In this document: positions 13,710 to 23,305 of the stretch, piece after piece | How the letters are laid out: each line of letters begins with the position of its first letter | Position numbering within the stretch: position 1 is the first letter of the stretch | Source: Lepidodermella squamata | Taxonomy: Eukaryota > Animalia > Gastrotricha | Assembly (NCBI GenBank): GCA_047495785.1 | Contig: JBLDXI010000024.1 | Coordinates: forward strand, 1,178,001-1,242,000 | Direction: 5' to 3' | Length of the DNA: 64,000 nucleotides | Notes under the pieces: model-generated | The model's input: only the letters and a program-made list of their open reading frames with translations | Told to the model about the DNA's origin: nothing | Databases searched by the model: none | Position numbers and translations under genes: made by a program

Positions 13710-14247
13710 GTGTCGTTATGTTCTGGAAAATAAATATTCGGGAAAACTGAAAAATTGCTTTCGTTTTCGCGGCTTTATAACGGCAACGGTTTGTCATTTT
13801 TCCAGGTATATTTATTATTATTATGAAAGGTGGACGATCGTTCGCGTTTTTGCCGCCTTTCACTACTCGCTTATAATAAATGGCTAGTACGCGGTCCGGT
13901 GAAATTGCACTAATACAAATTTAATACGCAGTCCGTTGAAGAAAGTATATTTCATATATTAGCAGTAAAAATCCAGCGGGAAAACTGCCAAAATCGTGAT
14001 ATTACGTGTTTACAATTTTTACAATCTCTTTCATCAAAAAATTTTGCAGAAAAAAATGTAATTACCTGCGCCACCTTATATGGTTCTAGGGTTATTTCAG
14101 AACAGCCGCAAAACTTGGACACTTGAACCAAAGAAGTTTCCAGTAAAAAGAGTGTAGATTCAGAATACAATTTTATTAAATTACTGATTGTTTGAAAGAA
14201 ACTATTGCAAAGAGAGGTAACATCAGATGTTCCGAGTTTTTCGAGTT

Positions 14248-15081
14248 TCACCTAGCACCGAAATTTCCAGTTGCTGCTCTCTCGACTCTTTTAGCGCCAC
14301 TTGAAGCTGCATGAACTGCCCGTTTCTGTCTCGATTCGGCATTCGACTTTGCGGCCTGAGGTCCAGATGCACCGACAGCGGAAATTTCAGCTTGGATATT
14401 TGCCTTTTCGGCAGCTCGTTCTACGCGTTTTGCGCCACTTGAAGCCGCGTGAACATCGCGCTTCGGCCTCCCATCGGATTTCGAATTTGAGGCCAGGGGT
14501 CCAGATGCGCCGGTCGCGATTTCAGCTTGGTTATTCGCATTGCCAGCAGCTCTTTCGACTCTTTTGGCGCCACTTGATGCTGCATCAACAGCCCGTTTCT
14601 GTCTCGACTCGGCTTTCGACTTTGTGGCCTGGGGCCCGGATGCTCCGGCAGCTGCAACTTCAGCTTGGGCATTTGCCTTTTCTGCAGCTCTTGCTACTCG
14701 TTTCGCGCCACTCGAAGCTGCATCGACGTCGCGTTTCGGTCTAGCATCAGCTTTTGTATTTGAGGCCTGAGGACCAGATACCCCGGTGGCAATCTCGACT
14801 TGGAGATTTGCCTTCTCAGCAGCTCTTTCAACTCGCTTTGCGCCACTGGAAGCCGCATCAACATCGCGCTTTGGTCTCGCATCGGATTTGGAAGCCGAAA
14901 CCTGAAGTCCAGATACACCAGCGGCAATTTCAGCTTGGATGTTCGCCTTATCAGCAGCTCTTTCGACACGTTTGGCGCCACTGGAAGCCGCATCAATTTC
15001 TCGTTTTTGCCTCTCGAGAGGAAGAGCGAACGCAGTGACGAACACGGCAGACAAACAGATTGATACCAGAATGGATTGCAT
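14248..15081 (-). CDS. Secreted multi-copy peptide precursor A (6 x [DH]AASSGAKRV[EA]R in ~44-45 aa repeat units)
   Basis: Signal peptide MQSILVSICLSAVFVTAFA. Each core is preceded by an RQKR or RPKR convertase site. Intronless, with a TATA box at 15168-15175. Confidence 0.85.
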   Translation of the reverse strand: MQSILVSICLSAVFVTAFALPLERQKREIDAASSGAKRVERAADKANIQAEIAAGVSGLQVSASKSDARPKRDVDAASSGAKRVERAAEKANLQVEIATGVSGPQASNTKADARPKRDVDAASSGAKRVARAAEKANAQAEVAAAGASGPQATKSKAESRQKRAVDAASSGAKRVERAAGNANNQAEIATGASGPLASNSKSDGRPKRDVHAASSGAKRVERAAEKANIQAEISAVGASGPQAAKSNAESRQKRAVHAASSGAKRVERAATGNFGAR

Positions 15082-15167
15082 TGTTGAATTCGAATTGTTA
15101 AAGAAAATACTTGCAAATGTCAATTTGTTACGAGAAGGTTGATGCCATTTCGGCTGAAACGGTTCCG

Positions 15168-15450
15168 TATTTATAGGCGTTTACTGGGGTTGTTTACATT
15201 GTTTCTCCATTTTGACAAACCAAAACGCGGGGTTTTATGACGCAGGTAGGTAGACTTCACGTGAATTTCTGGGCTTTCATCAAGTGTTAATGTTGCGGCT
15301 GTTTACAATGTTTTGAATGTTTTGCTCGATTTACCCAGGTCAAAACGGGGGGCTGGTAGTGCTAGATTGTAGAGGTGTTAGTTCTATTGTCTTTGACCTG
15401 CTTAACTTAGACAAGTGGGTAGTTGTTTTTCACGGTCTGATGACGCAGGT
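15168..15450 (-). promoter_or_regulatory. Promoter of precursor A: TATA, forkhead-type TGTTTAC, CRE-like TGACGCA, E-box CACGTG
   Basis: TATAAATA (minus strand) at 15168-15175, TGTTTAC at 15191 and 15300, TGACGCA at 15238, CACGTG at 15258 and TGATGACGCA at ~15438. Most of these recur in the paralogous promoter at 18464-18600. Confidence 0.55.
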
Positions 15451-15644
15451 AAGCGCTTGTCGGAACGTTAACGTGTTTTGACCACCTATCAACACCCTTT
15501 GACAACAGAATTCTACCTCTTATTCCAAAAACTTGAAACGTTTTCTTATCAAAGTTAGGAGTCTTTATAACGAGCAGCCAAAAATTAAAAATTAAAAATG
15601 TGAAAGATGAAAGATGAATTCAAATATTAATGAAAAATCAGTTA

Positions 15645-15911
15645 CTAAGTGTCATGCGTTGTCGAATTTTGTAACCTCGGATAGTTCTCTGAAGCAGTGT
15701 GATCTGGTGTTGAGTTTTCCGCCTGCGATCTTATCAGTAACTGCTGGATTTCCATTTGCCTCGCCCCACTTTGGCCGCTTTGAACAAGCCAATCAAGCCT
15801 TCGATCGGCTGAAAATTCATCTGGCGAAATGTCAGAAACGGTAATAGGCAGTGCAATCGTTAGTCCAACAGTTGCCAAGGTACAGCAATAAACTGAAACT
15901 ACCGCCCTCAT
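15645..15911 (-). CDS. Small secreted peptide precursor C1 (88 aa)
   Basis: Signal peptide, then acidic spacer, RR site and LDWLVQSGQSGARQME. A conserved paralogue lies at 19345-19605, and there is an upstream TATA at ~15997. Confidence 0.75.
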   Translation of the reverse strand: MRAVVSVYCCTLATVGLTIALPITVSDISPDEFSADRRLDWLVQSGQSGARQMEIQQLLIRSQAENSTPDHTASENYPRLQNSTTHDT

Positions 15912-16570
15912 AATACACAGCAGAGTAGTAGTGAAAATGTGTTGAAATTTCGAGAGAAAAATTGCGTTTGAGGTTGTTGCTTGATATAATAGGGGCTTTT
16001 ATAGCATCATATTAGCATGCGTTTACATCATTTTCAGTCAAAACAAGCTTAACGGGCGTTTTTGGCATCGTATTTCAATTTGATGACGTAATCAAATAAG
16101 TTGTTTACCTCCCGTCATCTCATTTTACCAGATTTTTCAACGTTAGGTCACCTTACCTGGAATTTTCGTTTCACTTCTGCCCATTGTGATAAAAAATGGA
16201 GAGGCTACCCTTCAGCATCATGTAACCTAAACATGTCAAGTGTCTAGTGCACATGTTTGTTAATTCACAACTTGTCCTTCGGTCTCATCGCATCGATTAC
16301 GAATCTTTGAAAAATGAGCCCTTCGAATGTGAACTCTGGATTATCTCATTTTCAGCGCGTAAGTTCATCACACAGGCGATACAATATAAAAATTGCCATC
16401 CACAATCTTCTAGCTTCTAGCTAATGTTGTTAACGTATTGTAAATCGCATCCTAATGATACAAGTTAGGCAAAGCACGTCTAATGCTGCATTTTCTTGCC
16501 TGGAATCTGTCTCGGCGAATTATCTCAGAGCTTCGCAACCGAAGATCAACAACTGCAGCAATTGCAAATC

Positions 16571-16753
16571 GTTAGCGACGTTGAATAACTCGGAATTAAG
16601 CTTGTTTACGTCCGTTTCTTGGTGAGAGGTGACAAGTAAAAAGTCTGTTATTTTTGCCTCTTCATTTACGCAAAAATCCGCTTTTTACCTGTCAACCGCG
16701 ACCTTGAAACGGATGTAAACAACCCTAAATCCGAGTTATTCAACGACGCTACC
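16571..16753. mobile_element. MITE-like palindrome (~180 bp)
   Basis: ~48-bp near-perfect terminal inverted repeats (gttagcgacgttgaataactcgga...gtccgtttc and gaaacggatg...tccgagttattcaacgacgctac) with a weaker inner extension. Confidence 0.7.
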
Positions 16754-17246
16754 GAAATGTATTCCATCGGTTTTGGATGCAATAAGTGGATGCTTATCCT
16801 TATCGGATTTCATCGGATAAACCTTTGTCGAAACAACAACGACATGGTTCAAAAATAATCCATGGTTCTCGCTTGCGGCGGATAATATCAGTTATCATAA
16901 GCTCACCCCATGAGGTAGGTTACCTAATAGCCTATGCCAAAAATGCTGATCTTGTGTGTTTCCTCAAAAACCTGCAGAATAAGCAATAACCCGCACGACC
17001 TGGTTTCAGGGCTATTTCTGAACTCTGAACAGCTGAAAATATGTAAATTTAAACCGAAAAAATGCAGAAAAAGAGCGGGAACTGTATATCATTTTACATC
17101 ATTTTATTGTAATCAAATTACAAAAGCTTTTAAAATAACAAATTTTGAAGAAAATCTTATTTTTGAAAGTCAAAGCAGTGTCTTTTAAACCGGGTATCAT
17201 CATCATGAACCAGAACTTCCAGCTGGTCCTGTGTTTTATCCGTTGA

Positions 17247-18380
17247 TCATGCAACTCGTTTCGCTCCGCTGGAAGACGCGTCGACATGTCGTTTCTTTCG
17301 CATCAAATCTTCAGCCTGACTGCTCTCGACCTCGGCAGCTCTGGCTACTCGTTTCGCCCCTGATTCAGCAGCTCTTTCGACTCGCTTGGCTCCGGATTCG
17401 GCGGCTCTGGCTACTCGCTTGGCTCCGGATTCACTTAATTCGGCGGCTCTCTCGACTCGCTTGGCTCCGGATTCGGCAGCTCGGGCTACTCGCTTGGCTC
17501 CGGATTCGGCAGCTCTTTCGACTCGCTTGGCTCCTGATTCACTTAATTCGGCGGCTCTCTCGACTCGCTTGGCTCCGGATTCGGCGGCTCTGGCTACTCG
17601 CTTGGCTCCGGATTCGGCAGCTCTTTCGACTCGCTTGGCTCCTGATTCACTTAATTCGGCGGCTCTTTCGACTCGCTTGGCTCCGGATTCGGCGGCTCTG
17701 GCTACTCGCTTGGCTCCGGATTCGGCAGCTCTTTCGACTCGCTTGGCTCCTGATTCACTTAATTCGGCGGCTCTCTCGACTCGCTTGGCTCCGGATTCGG
17801 CAGCTCTTTCGACTCGCTTGGCTCCGGATTCGGCAGCTCTTTCGACTCGCTTGGCTCCGGATTCACTCAATTCGGCAGCTCTTTCGACTCGCTTGGCTCC
17901 GGATTCGGCAGCTCTGGCAACTCGCTTGGCTCCGGATTCACTTAATTCAGCAGCTCTTTCGACTCGCTTGGCTCCGGATTCGGCAGCTCTTTCGACTCGC
18001 TTGGCTCCGGATTCGGCAGCTCTTTCGACTCGCTTGGCTCCGGATTCACTCAATTCGGCAGCTCTTTCGACTCGCTTGGCTCCGGATTCGGCAGCTCTGG
18101 CAACTCGCTTGGCTCCGGATTCACTTAATTCAGCAGCTCTTTCGACTCGCTTGGCTCCGGATTCGGCAGCTCTGGCTACTCGCTTGGCTCCAGATTCACT
18201 TAATTCGGCGGCTCTTTCGACTCGTTTCGCCCCTGATTCAGCAGCTCTCTCGACTCGCTTGGCTCCGGATTCAGCGGCTCTGGCTACTCGCTTGGCTCCA
18301 GATTCACTTAATTCGGCAGCTCTGGCGAATGCTGTGACTATCACGGCGGACATGCAGATTGATAGCAGGATGATTCTCAT
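17247..18380 (-). CDS. Secreted polyprotein precursor B: 27 tandem AA(ELS)ESGAKRV[EA]R units plus a terminal RKKR-HVDASSSGAKRVA
   Basis: Signal peptide MRIILLSICMSAVIVTAFA is homologous to that of precursor A. It has 17 units of 11 aa (33 bp) and 10 units of 14 aa (42 bp), and a TATA at 18464-18471. Confidence 0.85.
   Translation of the reverse strand: MRIILLSICMSAVIVTAFARAAELSESGAKRVARAAESGAKRVERAAESGAKRVERAAELSESGAKRVARAAESGAKRVERAAELSESGAKRVARAAESGAKRVERAAELSESGAKRVERAAESGAKRVERAAESGAKRVERAAELSESGAKRVARAAESGAKRVERAAELSESGAKRVERAAESGAKRVERAAESGAKRVERAAELSESGAKRVERAAESGAKRVARAAESGAKRVERAAELSESGAKRVERAAESGAKRVARAAESGAKRVERAAELSESGAKRVERAAESGAKRVARAAESGAKRVERAAELSESGAKRVARAAESGAKRVERAAESGAKRVARAAEVESSQAEDLMRKKRHVDASSSGAKRVA
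17340..18320. repeat. Coding tandem array of 33/42-bp units
   Basis: Repeated gactcgcttggctccggattcggcagctctttc, with an optional acttaattc insert. All unit lengths are multiples of 3. Confidence 0.95.
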
Positions 18381-19344
18381 GGCTGGATACGATTTGTAGA
18401 AGAAAATGTGAAATGTTAGTTTGTTTGACGTTGAGTGATGCCTTTTCGACTGAAAATCTTCAGTATTTATAGGCTTCCAATGCGGTTGTTTACATCCATC
18501 GTCTAAATTTGCAGATCAAAAATAGGAGTTCATGACGGCGCCAATTAGCCATCACGTGGTTTTTCGAGCTTTCTTTAGGGGTTTATTGCGCCTGTTTACA
18601 ATATTTTCAGGTGTTTTGCTCGATTTGGCAGAGCTCTAAACGAGGCGTTGTTATAGCCTAGTTACATCGTGTTTGTTTTATTGTCTGTGCCCTGCTTACC
18701 TGGACAACTTCGTAGTTTTTTTCGTGATCTTCTAATGCAGGCAAGCGCGCCGCGTCAGATCTTTCACGTGTTTTTGACAAACACGAACATTTTCCGGAAA
18801 AAATCTACCTCATTAACCAAATGCTTGAAAAATTACTTCTCTAAAGTCTTGATAAACTGCTGACAGCAAATTTACCAAAAATGCAAGAATTCAGTTACTG
18901 AAAGTCATGCGTTGTCGAATTTTGTAAACTCAGATTCGCATTAATTCGCAGTTCAGGCAGCGGATAATTGAAAAATGATGCTCGAAATATTCTAGGTTTG
19001 AAACTGATTAAGGCTCAGAATTCACTTTGTTGGAAAAAATCTTATCCTATTTGCTGTGAAAATTGCTGATTTTATCAATACAGCTGAATATTTCCAACCA
19101 GGTGAAGTAGGAACATTATTCTGTTTCACAAGTGAATAATTATGAGCATAAAATCTTCAGTTATCTGCTCCTGTAACCTAGAGTACGATTACTTAATCAC
19201 AAATGCGTACTTATAGTATACGAATATACCGACCCCTTTTTTATTCATTTAGCAAGTCTGATTCCAACAAGGAAGCTCGAACAAAGGTTAAGCATTTTAA
19301 AATCATGTCCATTCAGAAATTCATAAGTATCTCAGGTTGCATTT

Positions 19345-19605
19345 CTATGTACGGTGGTTACTTTCTCTTAGGAAAAAGTTCTCTAAATCAGTGTTATATG
19401 ACGTAGTACTTTCCGTCTGTGATTTTATTGGTAACTGCTGGATTTCCATCTGTCTCGCTCCGCTGCGTCCGCTTTGTACAATCCACTCCAGTCTTCGATC
19501 AGCTGAAAACTCATCTGGCTGAACATCCGAACCAGGAATAGGTAGTGCAAGTGAAAATCCAACAACTGCCAAGGCACAGCAGCAAGTTAGAACCACCGCC
19601 CTCAT
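19345..19605 (-). CDS. Small secreted peptide precursor C2 (86 aa), paralogue of C1
   Basis: MRAVVLTCCCALAVVGFSLALP...PDEFSADRRLEWIVQSGRSGARQMEIQQL, with an upstream TATA/TGTTTAC block matching that of C1. Confidence 0.75.
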   Translation of the reverse strand: MRAVVLTCCCALAVVGFSLALPIPGSDVQPDEFSADRRLEWIVQSGRSGARQMEIQQLPIKSQTESTTSYNTDLENFFLRESNHRT

Positions 19606-20211
19606 CGCAGATTAGCGAAAATATGTAGAAATTTCGAGAGAAAAACCGCGCGCTTTGGCGGTTGGAAGCGTTAGGAGGCACTTTTATAGCCCGTGGTTGT
19701 TTACATCGTTTTCAGTCAAAAAAAAGCTTAACGGACGTTTTTTTGGCATTAGGTTTTGTTTCTTTCCTTTATTTAAATGACGTAGTCAACTGCCTCAAAA
19801 CTAGGTGTTTGCCTCTTTTCATTTGTTATCAATCTACCGCATTCTTTCAGCGCCGCTAAAAAAGATAATTTAAGGTCTCATCGAACTCTTCCATGATATC
19901 TGTTATCAGCGCAACCTATGCGGTAGGTGACAGCGTGGGGTGTGCGGTTGTAGTAGGTATTGGAGAGTCGCCCTTCTTCCCACTTATCTCTACTACAACC
20001 GCCCCCGGTTGTGATAACACAAAAATTCCCTGCGAGGTAGAAAATCTCAATATAAACTAGGAAGAAGCACCTGCAAGTCACATTAGAGACATTGAGCTAC
20101 ATCTGAGAAAAACATGTTTGACAATACTTTGAAGCCATTCTTGCTTCAAGCTTCAGTTGGAAACGAGCCCCGAAGTCTCCGAAGTCGCCATCGTATGATG
20201 CCGATCAAATT

Positions 20212-21335
20212 ATGCCAATCGATTGGACACATTCCGACTTCGAAAAATTCCGAGTCCATCTACAACGACATTGCAGCCAACGCAAAATCTACCGATCAAC
20301 ACCATCGCTTAACGAGGTTTGTAAATAATTACACCGAAATTATACGAGTCCTTTATATTATCGAATTTTTTCCAGACAATTGAAATCGAGCGTCAGTGCC
20401 ACGCACAAGAGGTGAAAACATTGCGCGCGATCATTCAGACCCTTCAACTCGAATTTCGAAGTATGGAAAATGAACTTTCGAGGTCAAGATCGTCTTCATT
20501 GGAGTCGCAAGGCCCTAAAAGCCCGAATTATCTCGGCAGCCAACTTATGAGTGCTATGGTAGTCGGTAATCAGGAGGAAATTGAAATTCTGGTTGAAAAA
20601 GGTGCTGACGTTAATTTTCGAGACTCGAATAACTGGACCCCGTTAATTGCTGCTTCTCTACACGGCCATTGGAGAGCAGTAGGATACCTCATACTTCGAG
20701 GAGCTAATCTTGAGATAAGAAACGACGAAGGCCATTCATCAGTTTTTCTGGCCGTGCGAGAGGGCCATTTCAGGGTCGTTGAAGCTTTAATTCAGGCTGG
20801 CGCTGATTTGAACGAGCGCGATAAAACTGGTCTAACGCCACTATTTTACGCTGCGATGACTGGCCGGACAGAAATCGGCGAATTACTAATTAAAAACGGC
20901 GCGTTTGATAGGCGAGACGGGTGTGGAGCTACTACTTTGATGTATGCCGCCATATTTGGCCATTGCGAGTTCGGAAAAATGCTGATTGAATACGGCACTG
21001 ACGTCAATGCGGCAACTTGGGCCGATTTGACCTACAAAACCTCGAAAACTGGCGGGGAATTTCGCCGAATTGAAGCAGCATCAACGGCGCTTATGATTGC
21101 GGTTAAAGAAAATCACCCCGATTTCGTGCGGCTATTGGTCAGCAAATTCCAGGCAAATACTGAAATTCGAAATATTGCTGGATTGAGGGCGGTTGATATT
21201 GCGAAAAACGCTAATTTGCGCTCAGCACTTGGCCAGCCTTCTAGAACTGTTTTCGACGTTTTAAAAAAAACATTTTCCAGCCGGCCATTTTCGCGGTCTT
21301 ACCGCTTAAATGGTCTGGCTCATTTCAGTATTTAA
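20212..21335 (+). CDS. Coiled-coil + ankyrin repeat protein; kinase-less paralogue of the 786-4537 gene
   Basis: An intron at ~20317-20375 joins ...TPSLNE to TIEIERQCHAQEVKTLR. YLGSQLMSAMVVG...GADVNFRDSNNWTPLIAASLHGH aligns with YLGGELLTAMVLG...GADVNFRDADNWTPIIAASLHGH. The 5' end is uncertain. Confidence 0.8.
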
Positions 21336-21381
21336 AATTTACTAGCATTAATTTTGTAAAATTAAATAAAAAACGAATCTA

Positions 21382-23305
21382 TCATCTCATAATTATCAGC
21401 AAAAATTTAACAAATTTTGATTTCGGCGGCGATTCTCGGTATCTCTCGGCGATGATTGTTCGAAGAGATAAGAAAGATATCGCCGACGTGACGAGAACGC
21501 AGCCGATAATGCTAAACTGGTTGATAGTGCCGCTGAGGAAAAGCAGTTGCCATACAAAGCCGAAAACAATCTCGAGCGACCGCATAAGTGAAACGATGCT
21601 TGCGGTTACAAACTTGGCCGCTATCGTCATTAGGGCCTGCGCGATAACAGCGCTTAGCGCAATGCCAATTGCCATGGTCCGCTCGATATAACACGGCGGC
21701 ATTTGCACCTTGTCCAAGGCGATAACAATTGCTAGTAAAATCGGCCCACTCGTCAGGCCGTACGTAAAAGACACTGTGGCGTAGTTGCAGTGTTTCAATT
21801 TTCGAAAAGCTATGTACATTCCAGATTGAATTATGGCACCGGCAAATGCTAAAAGAGATCCTATGAAAAATCCGGTTGTATTTTTCAAAATTAAGAGAAT
21901 TTCCGAAAATTACCGATCAATCGGTCAGATGGGTCAATTTCGTCCTTTATGTATGGTGCGATGAATTGGAAAATTATCACCGGGCGGAGAATAAAACCGA
22001 CTCCTGAAATTAAATAAAAGCAATGAAAAAAATGAAATTAAACAATTAACCCTTTTTTCATGGCGGAATTAGTTATCTGTGGGAGTTTTAGAGAGCCCTG
22101 ATCGCGATTTGGAAACCCGTTTACCACTAACTATCACCGTTAAGGCTGTACAAAAACTGGCCGGAATCGTCCTATCCGCCCAGCTAATTTCAGCAGATTT
22201 TTTAAACACCCTAGTTTTCTGTCTTAGATCATTAGATTTTCAGACTCAAAACTGCTCTCGTGGATGTCCTTAACGATTCCCCCTACTGAAATTATCAAAA
22301 GGAACCCGTTAAAACCAGTTTCAAAAATCAGTTTTGAAATCAGTATTCAGCTTTTTCATATTTTTCACGCGCAGCTGTTTTAGAGCACAAAAATCAAGCA
22401 CTCCGCCTGTAGCGGATAGGACGATTTCGGCCGGTTTGATTACATTTCAATAGCGTCGTCATTTTCAATTTCCAACTCGAAATACCTAATCGACACAGAG
22501 GTCAATGAGACTATGGCGGACACCGTGGTATTTTTTGTTCGATCAAAAAATGATCAGAAACCTTTGAAATTGCAAGTTGAAAAAAATCGAAATTTCAATA
22601 TCAGGTTGACTGTTTTCAAATTGCTACCATGTCCCAACCCTGCCAGATACACGTGCCTTCGTTTCATAACCTTGTAGCTAACATCGAAAAGTAATATTCC
22701 TCAAAATATAGGGTGATCAAGAATTCATCAAATTCGAATTTCTGTGAATGTTCAAAGTCGAAATTCCGAAATCGTCCTACCCGCCGTGAAAGTGAAAATT
22801 CCATCTTAATAATTTAAAAAAAAATGTACTCACCTATTAAGGTTATCAGTAGAACCGGTATGTCCGAGTAATGCAATTTTTCTTTCAAAATGATACGGGC
22901 TAGCAAGGTTACAAAAGCCGGTGTTGTTGCGAGAATGACGCCCGCATCAGAAAGCGGAAGGTAGCTGTAGGCGAGGTAGCTGAGGGTGATTGCAATGCCG
23001 CCACAAGCTGATCGGACTAGCAGATAGGGCCAATCCTTTCTCTCTCCAAAATACGGCGATTTGAAATAGGTAACTTGCGGCAGGGCGTAGAGCATGACGC
23101 CGAGTTGTCGGATGGTCGACAGCATGAATGGGTGCATTTTTGATTGAGAATTTAACAGTTTGACCAGCAAACTGCCGAGCGAGAACATGATTGCGCAGCC
23201 TAGTCCAAGAGTTATCCCGATGCCGCGGAAAGACTTTAGTCTATCAACAGTAGTTCGGCGAGCTTTTATTACCCCAGCTCCTGGAACTGCCGATGTATCA
23301 GCCAT
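21382..23305 (-). CDS. SLC35G1: SLC35G/EamA (DMT superfamily) 10-TM transporter
   Basis: Exons ~22834-23305, ~21914-22004 and 21382-21860. EamA-type motifs AYSYLPLSDA...TPAFVTLLARIILKEKL and VSLMRSLEIVFGFVWQLLFL. Confidence 0.8.

Noticed and set aside
17340-18320. CRISPR-like regular 33/42-bp repeats
   Set aside because: There are no unique spacers and no cas genes, and the context is a eukaryotic coding repeat.
17231-18399. Long plus-strand ORFs (368 aa RLAWLRI repeats and 337 aa STRLAPDSAA repeats)
   Set aside because: These are antisense shadows of a stop-free in-frame repeat. The minus-strand frame has the signal peptide, TATA box and paralogue.
9592-19605. ABCB pumps as dedicated exporters of the adjacent peptides (RiPP- or a-factor-like cluster)
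   Set aside because: The precursors have classical signal peptides and convertase sites, with no CAAX box and no modifying enzymes nearby, so ABC export is not needed.
22050-22800. Inverted repeats in the SLC35G intron (22152-22180 vs 22410-22440)
   Set aside because: Probably a decayed MITE, but its ends and target-site duplication could not be defined.
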